62,815 bases of DNA, filler included, from Choristocarpus tenellus KU-1152 (GCA_964200185.2; 10 parts of 10 records of this genome joined end to end with filler, not necessarily neighbours in it), one strand, 5' to 3'; shown: positions 49,662-62,423, counted from the whole stretch's first letter. Numbers and translations are program-made. The notes: generated by a model from the letters alone, not told the origin.

Positions 49662-51008
49662 GGCAACAGGCGGTCTTGGGCAGTGAGAAGGTCTAGGAGT
49701 GAATTGAATTTGAAGCCAGGCGTACGATGTTTGAGTTTGAAGAGACCCGTCGGACCAAAATGAAATCGGTGTTCTACAAAAAGTGTTTATTCTCGCTGTG
49801 ATGAAATAAAAACTAGATTCAAATCTGGTTTCAGGCAACAGTCAGTCTTGGGCACGATAGAATTGAATTCAAAGCCGGGCGTATGAACGATGTTTGAGTT
49901 TCGGGCGATCCATCGGACAACCCTGAAATCCATGATCCGGAAAATACATGCATTATGGTTTTTAGAAATTAATAATTCGATTATATTCGTAATTTCAATT
50001 TTTTAAAGTACAAAGCACATACTTAATTGATCTTACACGTTTCAAATGTTCCGAAACTAAAAGGTAAAAAAAAACTGATACCCTCTAATTGTTTTAAATA
50101 CAAAATCTTATATTGTTCGATATTTGTATTTTTTTAAATACAAATGTCGACGGAAAGCGAACTTGAGTTTCGGGCGATCCGTCGGACCACCCTGAAACCC
50201 ATGAACCGGAAAATACGTGCATTATGGTTTTTAGAAATTAAAAATTCGATTATATCCGTAATTTCAATTTTTTTTAATACAGAGCACATACTTAATTGAT
50301 CTTACACGTTTCAAATGTTCCAAAACTAAAAGGTCACAAAAAACTATGGGCCTCTAATATTTTAAAATACAAAATCTTTTATTGTTCGACATTTTTATTT
50401 TTTTAAATACAAATGTCGACGGAAAGCGAACTTTGAGTTTCGGGTGATCCGTCGGACCACCCTGAAATCCATGAACCGGAAAATACGTGCATTATGGTTT
50501 TTAGAAATTAATAATTCGATTATATTCGAAATTTCAATAAATATAGATACAAACCACATACTTAATTGATCTTATACGTTTCAAATGTTCCGAAACTAAA
50601 ATGTCACAAAAAAATGATACTCTCTATCTGTTTTAAATATGAAATTGTATACTGTTCGATATTCATATTTTTTGGAACACAATTATCTACGGAAAGAGAA
50701 ATATGAGTTCTTTGGGCACCAACCGACCAGTCTGAAATCCATGTCCTTGAAAGTATGTGTATTCTGGTTTTTATGAAATAAGAATTATATTCTATTCTTA
50801 ATATCAACTAATACAAATACAAATCACATACTTCGTTAATCTAATACGTTTCAAATGTTCCGAAACGAAAAGGTCTCAAAAAACTGATACTCTCTATCTG
50901 TTTTAAATATGAAATTGTATACTGTTCAATATTAACATTCTTTGGAACACAATTATCAACGGAAAGAGAAATCTAAGTTCTTTGGGCACCGACCAACCAG
51001 ATGAAATA
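49662..51008 (+). repeat. AT-rich tandem array of ~270-bp units plus a shorter related leading unit
   Basis: Unit starts at ~49894, 50163, 50433, 50703 and 50973 (partial). Shared CACATACTT..T.ATCT...ACGTTTCAAATGTTCC.AAAC and ACGGAAAG.GAA. A related ~170-bp unit is at 49662-49832. Confidence 0.93.
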
Positions 51009-51117
51009 AAGCAGCACCTCCCAGCCCTCACTCCTCATTTCCATTCCTTCCCTTCTGCACATACCACCAGCAGCTCTTTTTCTTATCTATCCCCATCACA
51101 CCTTCCTAATCTTCGCC

Positions 51118-52019
51118 ATGTCCAACATTCGCTCAACAACGACCCCCCTGCGCGCCAATGGCGCTGTCCACGGATCGAGAGCGTCGGACAGCAATGCCAA
51201 GGGCATGTCCAAGCTCCTCGAACAGCACTACCTCGGCATGTACAAGATAAAACTCGGCAACATCACATGCACGGAAATGATGCGTCCCCTGAGCGAGTGT
51301 GGCCTTGCGTGCGTCAGCAAGTCTATCCGTGAAAAAGGCTGGCTCGAGCAGTTTGCTCCGTCCATCGTCATCCAACGAGACTGCTTAGGCAATGGGGACC
51401 AGCTCACCACCGACACTGCGCTTGCCGTTCAAGGACGAAAACTGGATGGAAACCATAGAATAACGGTGTTGAAGAGAGAGTTTAATTATGAACGCGCTTT
51501 CATGATGCGGGTCTACATTGAGTTCAACCAAGCAGAAGAGAGGCTAATTGCTAACGGTGAGTGATGGAGTGTTGTCATTGTTCCATGATCGTCTGACTCT
51601 TCTGATAAACTAAGCAACTAAGTAAGTTGAGTGTTGCCGTTGTTCCATGATCACCTGATGACTCTTCTGATCTACCAAGTTGTTGCCGTATTTCCTTTTT
51701 TTTTGGTTCATCATCAGTCAGCCCATTGTTGATCTTTTCATTGTTAATCTTTTTTATCCCTCGTGGTGTTTCTGTCAGCAGCAACATGTTGCTCACTACT
51801 GCCTGCCGCGTGTGTCCCACGACCACTTCCCACCTACCCCTTGCCCCGTTCGCGCACTGCACCGCCACGCTTATAGCATTCAACGACGTGACCGAGAGTG
51901 TGGTTGAGCGCACGCTGTACGATAAGGTATATTTTCAGCACGAGCTTGAAGAAGCTATCAAGCGACAGACGAAGAAGAAAGAAGTGTCACTAGCAGAGAT
52001 CCGCAAAATTTACAAAAAG
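51118..52019 (+). CDS. ParB/Sulfiredoxin-fold N-terminal domain protein, first two exons, 3' partial
   Basis: Exon 51118-51556 (EMMRPLSECG..VSKSIREKGWLEQFAPSIV..KLDGNHRITVLK..EERLIAN, donor GTGAGT) and exon 51877-52019 (AFNDVTESVVERTLYDKV..., donor GTGAGG). R-P-L, S-I-x3-G, DGNHR and A-x2-x-N are ParB-N hallmarks. No lesions seen. Confidence 0.78.
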
Positions 52020-53861
52020 GTGAGGGAGTTGTCAACGTTGGTGGGATGGTGGTGCTCTACTCCTCCCCTCTTGTTGGGTTACAGCTGTAGTGAAGATCTC
52101 TCTGTGTCCTCCTATTCAACCTAAGTTCAGATAGTTATCCTGCGTTTAGCAACCCTGTCAACCAAATTCTTGATTTTCGGGTGACCATGTAGTATGTGTG
52201 TGTGCAAAATCACGGACGAAGTGAACAGTTTTTTCTTTCAGCACTAGGTAGGCCAGGCCGCTGAGTATCATACCCCCTCCCCCCCCCCCCTCCCCCGGGT
52301 AAGGTCCACTCCTTTCCCGGACCGTTGCGGTGTTGNNNNNNNNNNNNNNNNNNNNNNNNNNNNNNNNNNNNNNNNNNNNTTAATTAATTAANNNNNNNNN
52401 NNNNNNNNNNNNNNNNNNNNNNNNNNNNNNNNNNNTAACTTTGACATTTTCCTCTGTAATGTTACGTAGGTATTCCGAATCTTACTCTGCATCTTATTAA
52501 AATAATAACATATTCTGTAAGGTTATATGTGTTACTAATATAGTTCGCACTTGTCAGAACTCGAGAAACAATCTTCACACTATATGTCTGTTGCAAATGT
52601 TCGTATTTCCTAACACATGATGAGGAGAAAATGCTCGCGCTATTCGCGTGTAACAAACGCTTGCACTTCGTTGAAATACAAGAAGAAACGCTCGCGCTAT
52701 TCGCCTGTAACATTAGGTCAATTGCATGCAAAGACACAAGGAGTTGTGCCACGTTTCCTTCTCTCCCCTGTCTCTCTCTCTGTTATGCATGCCCAACCCC
52801 TGAGCTGTCTAGCACTTCCTATAGGGACCGACTTTGTATGTTTGCTGTATTATATAAGAGCTAATGCACTTAGTTCAGGTGATAGACCTCAAGCATTTTG
52901 TCACGGGGCCTGGGCCAAATGTTCTTCATAGGAAATTTGATTTTGACGGACCACGTGGGAAGTGCATTGGGGAGGTGCCTTATTATCTTGGGCTAAGCCA
53001 CAAGAAGGGATGCGGAATGATCTAGGTCGTGGTGGTGAAGAGATCAATCGCTGGTGGATAAGTATGCACCAGATTAAAGGGAGGAGGTGGAACGATGAGT
53101 GGTGGGACAGCTCGACCCAAGGCATAAGAAAAAATCAAGGACGTACATGGAAGTGCAATTGGTTGTAGTTCAACAAAGGGGCCTGCGCAGCTGAAATACA
53201 GATACCATGCCCCCCCCTATGCCCTACCTCGATCTCCTCATCAATAAGTAACTGCATAGTGCCACAGAGCGCTCTGTAGCACTAGGAATCACAGAGCGCA
53301 ATGAACCAGGACATGGTGCTATCGAACGCCAGTATAGCATTTTGTCGATTGCTGTGATGGTTGAGATCAGTATCACATCATAGATGATGAACAGCAGAAT
53401 ACACTGGAATACAAGTGGAGTATTTTAGGTATACTGAAGGCAGTCTTCCCACTCTCATGAGCGAAGTTTACTAAGGCATTTTCTTAGATCTGGAGAGTTT
53501 TTTTTCCCAACACCAAGTCGAAAAACTATAAATAAATAGTATTTCAAAGAAGTTCCGAAGAACTACCCGTCCTTTCCTATAAATAAGCAAAAGCAAGATG
53601 GAGGCTGAACCCTAAATTCTGGAAAGGTGGAAAGGACAAGACGTAGGGCGACCATCAGGTAATACTGAGTGATGAACTTGGAGTTGTTTGGGGTCTGATC
53701 TCAGCAAGGTCAGGTATATAATATAACAAGAAGATTGCCAATTGAAATGAAACATACTTAGCTGTACCTGAAAAGAAAGGTAACATATAGTATCAATATG
53801 TCCAAGAAGGGAAGTTAGATAGGATGCTTCATCCACGATCGCCAATGAACGACAAGTGTCT

Positions 53862-54119
53862 GAGCCAAAGTATCTTAGAGGGTAGGGCCGCGTCCATTTG
53901 GGGGCCAAAATCCTATGTTGCAATTTTGATGTATTTTGGCTATTGTGTTTGTTAGGAAGCGTCAATATCCTTGTTCCGAACACATCTTTTCATAACGTAT
54001 ACATCTTGCCTACTCTGAAACATTTTGGGGTAGGAAAATGTCATAAGAAAAAACATGGGACGCCAAGCCCCAAATGGACAAAAAGGGCAAAACTCGTATC
54101 CTCTAAGATACTTTCACTC
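53862..54119 (-). mobile_element. 258-bp MITE, copy 3 (reverse orientation)
   Basis: GAGCCAAAGTATCTTAGAGGGTA...TATCCTCTAAGATACTTTCACTC, the reverse complement of copies 1 and 2. Confidence 0.9.
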
Positions 54120-54725
54120 ACTACTATTTCCCACTTTAACAGTTGGTTGGTAGGCCATTGACTTGGTGATCTGTTCCACTCGTAGCCTTGAAGAAGCCTC
54201 CTTGCACTCCTAAACGTTCACCATTGGCACCTAGAGGTCCCGTAGGCCGTGCATATGATACTCTTCCCAATGTTATCTTTTATTTTACCCACTGAGCCTC
54301 TTTAGAACTTTGAATGTATTTGAGGAGGAATCCATCATGCTCTTTGCTTGGAAGATCTCAAGCGTGTGTGGTCTCCACATAAAACCCATGCAGTACTTCC
54401 AGATGGATAGTTTCTGTCTTACTGAATCGGAACAAGTCACTCTCTATGGGAGTGTTCGCGCATGTCCCGCCCTAGGTCTTTCTTTGACCAAGAGAGGCAA
54501 AGCATCTACTATCAATAACAAGCCGACAAAAGCTATAACAGCAATCTGGACGCCACCAATAGTTCCCTATTTTCCAGTAGGGATAAGGATGGGGAGGAGT
54601 AGGGGTAGTGAATGACATGGATTTGACAAGAAAGCAAGTCGAAGAAGAAGAAAAGGTTGACAGTAATAATAGGGGATAAATCAATACAACCATACAACAA
54701 TACAATATTCCTTTTTCCTACTAGT

Positions 54726-54787
54726 GTGGAAAGCGTGTTTGTCTGTTCTTATACCGTTATTCTCGTATGCCATATACCGTTATACCG
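54726..54787 (+). repeat. ~62-bp dispersed ATACCG-rich repeat (other copy at 19621-19682)
   Basis: GTGGAAAGC.TG.TTGTCTGTT.TTATACCGT.ATT..CGTATGCCA.ATACCGTTATACCG occurs on two different contigs. Confidence 0.8.
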
Positions 54788-55608
54788 ATTACGGTTGTGT
54801 TCTGAGAACTTCGGTTCAACTGTGTAGAGGATATTCGGAGTGATATATTTCCGTGTCTTCCAGCAACGTCTTTTTATTTATGAGGACGGTTTCTGAAGAC
54901 GGATCTCCTATCTCTGAAAGGTTTCTTTTCCAAAACCGATCCGAATAGTGATCCAATTCTTGGGTGGCCAAGCCGAATCAGCCACCCAACTTACTTGTAA
55001 GAGGCTGCACCCAAACTGGATCCAATTGTTGTCTCTCACAAACCTGCGCAAAGGATTCCGGTTGAAGATATATTGAGTCCGATCAGAAAAATAGGCAAGG
55101 ACGTTTATGATTGAGGGAAGGGGTGAGGTAGGATATATTACTGTGGAGATTAAAGTTGAAAGACTAACGATACTACATTATTAAACAACTACAACTACAA
55201 CTACAACTACAATATACTAGTTATAACAATAGAATGGTTCTACTGTTTCCTTTTCTGCGTTTTGATGATGTATTGGGGAGCTGGTTCAGAGCCTTCCCTT
55301 TCAAAGTATAAAATAATATAAAGTTTCCTCTTACATTATTCTAGTCATTCTGTGTTTCTACTATCTGATCATGTCATTCCAAAACAGAAATCCTTCCCAG
55401 GTTGTAAAGTTTGATTGCAACTTGGCAACAATCACCTGAACAATACACACCTGGCACAGACAGAACGGACAGGTAGTACTTGTGCAAAGTACGCGATAGA
55501 TATTGCAACATTGTTAACATCAAGTCACCTATGTTATCCAGTTCGTGAGATCAGACCTTTTGACTTTCCTCCTCACATTATTCTATGTACAGCGCAGGAA
55601 CAGGAAGT

Positions 55609-58600
55609 ATGGTACTCGTTTACCGAGCTTTGAAAGGTGTCGCGGCGAACAATGTTTGTGCCAGACGAGTATCATTCTCTTTCAGTCGAAGGTCTCCCAT
55701 GTCCATTGTCCCTGCTGGCTACCATAGTTACACGAGGAGGCGCGGGGCACTCATAGATGCAACTGCGGTGATGGAAAGCGGGCGTGCCGTCCAAGTTCAG
55801 TGGCATGATGGACACACGTCGATGTACAACTTTACCTGGTTACGCGTCAACTGCCCTTCGAATCGCCATGGTTCCGGACAAAGGATTAAGTCTCCAGGGG
55901 ATATCGATGGAGCTGTCATCCCCAAGGAGGTTTGTGTGAATCTATTTCCGATTCTATGTGGTGTGTGATGTGTCAATCCTGCTTCCATCGCATGGTTGGG
56001 GAGAGGTGTTATCCCTATCTAGTCACGTCCTGAGCTGTCCGTTCTCTGCGGGGTGCAGGTTGCGACTTAACGTTGTTATAAACAGGCAACCTATCAACCT
56101 GACACAAGTTTTGGAGTTTGTTGAAAGAACGAGCCACCATCCGTGGGTGATGTGCATATCCCGAATAGCACGTAGGAGTGTTGATCGAAGTGATTGGTCG
56201 AGGGCCTCACATTAGCAGGTTACATTGTTGAAGTAGTTACGACGCTGAAGAAGGATGAAAATTTCAGAGACGGACCTCGGCATCTGGTGAAAGCTTTTTG
56301 AAACCTACCTATTCCTCTACGGGCGATGTTCTCGAACAGGTTGCGCAAGATATAGGATATCTCCTCATCAATACGGAGGCCTGATGCAGTTAGATGATGA
56401 GAGGACTCCCCCCACGCACTCCTCCCTCTACTCACCATCACGCTATTTTTCTCCGTTCTTCAACTTTCCGTGCACTTCTCTTTCCACACAATTGATGCTC
56501 ATTATGTTGGTTGGGGATCTCTGCATGTTTTTTACTGTCGATTCCCATTGCTGTAGATCCTGACATCAGAAGGCTCAGGAGACGTTGACATTGTCTGGTC
56601 AGATGATCACGTGAGCAATTTTCGAGCTAGTTGGCTGCGGGCCCATGACAACTCCCCTTACGCCTTGCATGAGCGTAGTCATGGGAGTTGGCCGTCCCCC
56701 CTTCGCTCCTGGGACTCCATCCCTAAGGTGAGCAAGAGGAAGTAAATGATATATCTGACTGGATAATGGTGCATCAAGCGTTCTTCGATTGCGTAAATGC
56801 AGTGAATGTGTGTTCTCTTTTTTTGCTTCACTCGTGTAGTAAACAAGCTGATTTGGGCTAAATCTCCCAAGAGACTTTGAAGTGCTTGAATCTTTAACTG
56901 CTCATGAACTACATCAAACTGATCAATACATCATGTGTACGAAATATCCCCTTGACACTTGAGAATCCATTCAGTCTGAGGAAAAACAGTTGGAAGTTTA
57001 GTGAGTAAGTTCTGGTTGATTAGTAATCTGGACACAAAGCTTGAAGACAAATACCCTCAAAGTTGTGACTGAATATGAGAATTGTCTATTTTCTTCAACT
57101 GACTTGGAAGTGGCTGGATTTGGGAACTGCAATCATCACCGTTTATTATATTCTTAGTTTTCCACAAGTTCTTTTTCATGTCTTTTCAACGGAACGGGTA
57201 AGTGTGATGAGAGTGGTCAGGTGGCGGGTACACTTGAATGGTTTTTTGACAGGACTAGTCCAGGGGTCATCACGGAATATGAATGAACCGAACCAAAGAC
57301 CAGTCCTGCTTATTATGTATTAACAGGGTCGGGCCAGGGCTATTGAGATTGTAAGGAAGGCTAGGCTGTGACTCCGGTCTGGGTAGTTGGTCCAGTCTAA
57401 ATACTTTTTTTTTTCTACATGTCTAGACAAAAGAGACCCCAACTCAGTTAGGGTTAGGGCTAGGGTTAGTACAACTCGAAATGGTGCACAGTGGATCCTG
57501 TTTGAATGAGAGCAATCCATCTTGGCTGGAAGGTACTACGTATGTGGAGGAGGAAGGGATAAAGTTCTTCACCTTGCACTCAAGTAACCCTTACAGTATA
57601 GTAGCTCTTGAATGGAATTGCTTTGGACAAATTATGTACATGTCACAGGGATTTTTAGCCCAGGAAGACAGTAGTAACCACGTGCATGCTTAAGTTCAAG
57701 ACAGAACAGTTCCAGCGCTTATCCACATCCTCTTAATCAGTACATTCCCCCCTCCCCCCCACCCCTTCCTTCCATGCCTTCCCTGCCTTCCCTGCCTACC
57801 TGTTTCGGCCCACACCCGCAAGGTGGATGCAAGCAAATATATGAATGAGGATGATGGCCTATACAGTGCCTTGGTGAAGGTGAACAGGAGCGGGTTGTGT
57901 ATCCTGGACAATGTGGGGACCGAGGAAGGACATGTGACAACCCTTGCGGAGAGAATGAGCCCAGTGTCCTACAGCTACCTTGATGGGAATGTGCGTGGAG
58001 CCAAACGCGACGGTTGTCTAGTCTAGTTTGTCGAGGGAGAGGGAGCTACTCTCTTTGTTTGATACTTGGGGGCTGGTTTTGCCACCATCGAAGCGGGGTG
58101 TGTCCCTAAATAACCCTAAATGCTTGTCAATGAGCCTTGAGCTTCGTGAAGATGGTAGTATCCTGATTTGTCAAAATCGGCATCTACAATTGTTTCACCT
58201 TTCAACTGCTGTACTGTACTTTCTGTGCCTTCCTTGGAGTATAGTTTTGTGTGTGCGCATGTATGTATGCCAATCGAAATGTGTCCAATATATAACAGGA
58301 TGCGTCTATAGTCTGCGGATAAGGAGTGCAGACTGGATCCACATGTATGCCTCACCAAACCAGGCTCTTTTTTTTTTTTTCCTGCCCAGTGTTTGCTCTT
58401 GTCGAGGTTAGTCGCGAGTCTCTCCAAGGGGGTCAAGACAGTTGCACAAGCACGAGCAGAAGAGTGCTTACACCTTTTGTGCAGCAGCACGCTAGTGCTA
58501 CATTGTTAGGGTTAGGGATGATTAAGGTTAGGGATGATACGAACTAGAGGCCCCGAGATCAGACTGTGGGCAAGAAATCGTATGTTTCATTCATTGCCGT

Positions 58601-59195
58601 CATTCTGTTGAGGGGTTAGGGTTGATGTTTGTGCTGTACATGGCACCAGGTGACTCTTGTCACATTGGGATGGAAGCCACTTGCCACTTGCCACTTGCCA
58701 CTTGCCACTTGCCACTCACTTGCCCTGCAAGTCCTTGCATTGGTCAAGAAGGTTCTTAGAGGTTCCGAAATTGTTGCTCCTCCGGCTGTATGAAACCAAC
58801 CCAAAGGCATTGGAGAGCACAATGACCAATTCCGGGAATGTAGATTGGAGGGGCTGCTTTTGATACCCCCGTTGGCATGGAAGGTGGTAGGTAGGGTTTT
58901 CGACAAAATTCGAGTGCAAAAAAATGCCGACTTGTGGGGGGAGGAGGAGGAGTTATTTATTTCCCGTGTATTTGTCCTTGTTCTTGCTCTTGTGTCGGAC
59001 TTCCCATGCCTAGGGTTGGGGTCCTCACGGATCCCACAGATCTTTATCGATCTCGGTGTTCCAAGCCGTAGTCTTAGTTGTTGTTTTGCCATCCACTTTG
59101 TTCCTTAGGACAAGCCGCGCAGCATTGCCTACACGGACGAGGGTCTTCGCCTTCACATGGATTTGGTGTATTATGAAAGCCCCCCTGGACTGCAG
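55609..59195 (+). CDS. Gamma-butyrobetaine dioxygenase / TMLHE-like Fe(II)-2OG dioxygenase (GBBH_N + TauD), 3' partial
   Basis: Exons 55609-55929 (presequence-like start, VQWHDGHTS.Y..TWLRVNCP..SGQR), 56557-56727 (IVWSDDHVSNF..SWLR), 57823-57990 (GLCILDNV) and 59109-59195 (IAYTDEGLRLHMDLVYYESPPGLQ, HxD motif). Confidence 0.9.
58676..58716. repeat. (GCCACTT)n 7-mer tandem repeat in intron
   Basis: Almost six perfect copies. Confidence 0.9.
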
Positions 59196-61727
59196 GTGAG
59201 ATGAACTGCCAATACGAAGAGGAACATAAGCTTCAAAGCAGGTTTGGGGCGGGTCGGTGGGGGGTGGGAGTGGGGTGGGAATGGGGGAGACTACTAGCTG
59301 TCCAGTTGCATCTATAGCCCTGTGATTGTCATATGTGCCGTAATTTTTTGTTTTTTGGGGGGAGGGATGCCTGCTGAGAGTTGCTTGGTTTCTATTTGTG
59401 GAGTTTTTTACAGATTTGTCCAGGTTTAGCACTCACCCCTGTTTGTTTCAAGGTACTATTTTTCGAGTGAGAGTTCCGAAACAATTGGTTTTGTTTTGTC
59501 CTTATTCAAAAGGCTTTTTTTTTTTCAAGGGAGGGTCTCTCATTCTGTTTCTGAGTGAGTTTTTCAAGTAAGTACGAAGGTGGGTCACTAGCATGAAACC
59601 CTGGTATTGCATGCATCTTGGAGATCTCTGCCCCGGTTTGTTCTGGACATACACTGGGGGAAGAGAGGGTGGTGGGTGTTTTTCACCTTACCTTAGAGGA
59701 AGGGCTTCTGGTGTGCCTGTGAAGTGGTTTGGTTGCTCGCATCTCGATGGAGTCAATTTTTTTGGTGGTCTTCTAGAATAGACATGTACTACATAGCAGT
59801 AGATAATTTTTACTTCTTAGTGAAAAGAGCTCTGAGTCTCTTGAGTTCATCCTGAGACAGTATTGAAGTTTGTTTTTTTGCCAATACGGCAAGGTGGAAG
59901 GGGAGGGGGGGGGGAGGGGGGGGGAACTTCTTAATACCNNNNNNNNNNNNNNNNNNNNNNNNNNNNNNNNNNNNNNNNNNNNTTAATTAATTAANNNNNN
60001 NNNNNNNNNNNNNNNNNNNNNNNNNNNNNNNNNNNNNNGAGGGGGTTAGTGGCTGTGTGGAAAAGTTGGCGGCTGTTTTTTGATTAAGAACATTGGGAAT
60101 AGCCTTCAAACTGTTGCAGTACTTGACCTAACCTAACCCTGCTGAAGGGTCTTTAGATGGAATGTGCAGCCATTAGTACCAAAATTGGGTTGGGCTCCTC
60201 TTTTGGGGTCACTTGTGTGGACTTTTGTCAATTGTTTGTGCTGCTGGTTGGATCAGATTTGTTGTCAGTAAGCGTCCAAGGTTGCTTTGGAGTAACAAAT
60301 TTGAACTGAATGGACTTCAAATTTTGGGTTGGGTTGAGGCCCAAACCCCCTTGTTAAGCACAGGACGATGCGACTCTGTGTACAGGTGGGTAATGGACTT
60401 GGTTTCATACCTCAGAAGACCTTGCTTTGATGGTTGAGACGTCCCAAGAATGGCAGTAGAATGGTCCCCCTTTTTTTGATGGTTAGGTTCTGTGGCAAGT
60501 CATTCGTGTATTCCAAGTGATTGCTATTGTATCAAATGCAAATGGTTGAATGCCTATTAGTGGCATGCCGAGGGGCGATTGTTATTTTTTGTTGAAAGAT
60601 TTGGTAGTATTTGATGTGAAAGTAGTTGGCACTGCCTTGTACTTTTTGAAATGTTTTTATTGTTATCTTGATGCAGATTGTTATTTTTTTGATATTTTTT
60701 TTCTACCTTTGTTTTTGACGTGTATAGGAAGTCGGTGCTATTGGTAATGAACATTCCACAAAGAGTAAAGGAGTGACGTATGGCTTGAGATTATGATGTG
60801 GGCTTGAAAAAGATATTGATGATGGCAGGCGTATGTAGGTGGGTGAGGATATCTTTTAAAAAAGAAGTGTTGCAGTTATGTTTTGGTAATGTGTTTGTTA
60901 TGTTTGTTTTCCTATACATGTGGATTTTCTTGAGATCAACTTTCTGGTTTGGAAGTGTATGCACTAAGAGTTTGGTTTTAAATGTTCAGCCTATCTATGT
61001 GTGTGAAATATGTCCAGTATGTTACATAGCATGCCTTAATCTGTTTTGGACTTCAACTATCTTGCTAAGAGGTGAAGGACAGTACTTTGTGAATCTCATT
61101 GGCCCAAGTTTGACCCAGAGCTTGTACCGACTCCCCTTCTGGTATTAGAGCCGGTGTTATGGCTCTTGAAGCATGATCCAAGCAGGGCAATCCCTTGCTT
61201 ATCAATGGCAGTTTAGTGCTTGGAATGTGATTGGCAGTTGTAGGTGAGACATGCAATGTGATTGGTGGATGTTGTTCGTAAGAATAGTAAGTGTTGCACT
61301 TTGGATACTAGAAGGCGCTAACCACCCTTAAGTACTCAGCATATTCACCAACGAATGCACCAAAGTACGTCGTATAGTGCAAGGAAAAAGTAACTGTAAC
61401 CAAAACATTGGCGGCCTGTTAATTTTGAGGACGAATCTTAGATTCTCACCAACCAGATACTTGGGAGGATGATTGAATTGGTATGATGTTACAAGTCATA
61501 CCTCTGATATACATGTATTGGCAATGGTGGTATATATATTCAGTACTCAATACTGTCATTGGTTTCTTTCAGTGTTAGTCATACCATTCCAATGACTCAA
61601 TCAACCCTATCTATGCCTACTTCCCTAGTGTTGTGTAGTGTCCCTGAGGTGCCACTGGTGACCGTGCTGTCCCTTTTGCCCTCTGTGATGCCCTTTTACC
61701 CTCTCTCTGTCACTGGGTGGATGTAAG

Positions 61728-62423
61728 GGCTATTACTTTACAGGAGATGGTTGCAGGAGGGATGAGGATGGTTACTACTGGATCACTGGCCGGGTAGATG
61801 ATGTGCTGAATGTGTCTGGGCATAGAATTGGGACCGCTGAGGTGAGATGGTGATGCACTCAGTCACTGCTTCTGTGGTGTAGTACTTCCAGTTGATAGTA
61901 TTGTAAACATTTGATGTTGTTGCAGGAGTTGAAGTTATTGAGTCTTTTTTGTTGTTGAAGTAAATGCCTCCACTGCTGTACCTTGTGTGGTTATTGTGCT
62001 TGATGTATTGGTTGAGCACCTCTCTCCTGTCTCATACCCCCCCCCCCTTTTTTGCTCGGTGATAATCTCGAACCATAAAAANNNNNNNNNNCTTTTTGGG
62101 TTTTTTTGTTTTTTTTATTGTTTGACCTCCTCTCCCCCCCCCCCCCCCCCTCCCTTATGACAACGTATGGACAATGCTACAAAATGACTCGTTTTGTCAT
62201 CTTGTCAAGTGTTGTGAGCAGTCTTTGCCTGCCTTTCCTCCCACTGACTGCATCAATGAGGATGATGGTAGTAATAACAATGATAATGATAATAATAATG
62301 ATCATGATGATAGGTGGAGAGTGCTTTGGTGGCCCACCCTGCAGTGTCGGAGGCCGCTGTGGTAGGAATCCCAGATGAAATCAAGGGACAGGCCATCTGT
62401 TGCTACATCACCTTCGTCAGTGG
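61728..62423 (+). CDS. ACS: Acetyl-CoA synthetase (AMP-forming), two C-terminal-region exons
   Basis: Exon 61728-61841 [38 protein letters not shown] and exon 62314-62423 [33 protein letters not shown]. Confidence 0.95.

Noticed and set aside
49894-51008. CRISPR-like reading of the array
   Set aside because: Units are homologous along their full 270 bp with no unique spacers, there are no cas genes, and the context is eukaryotic.
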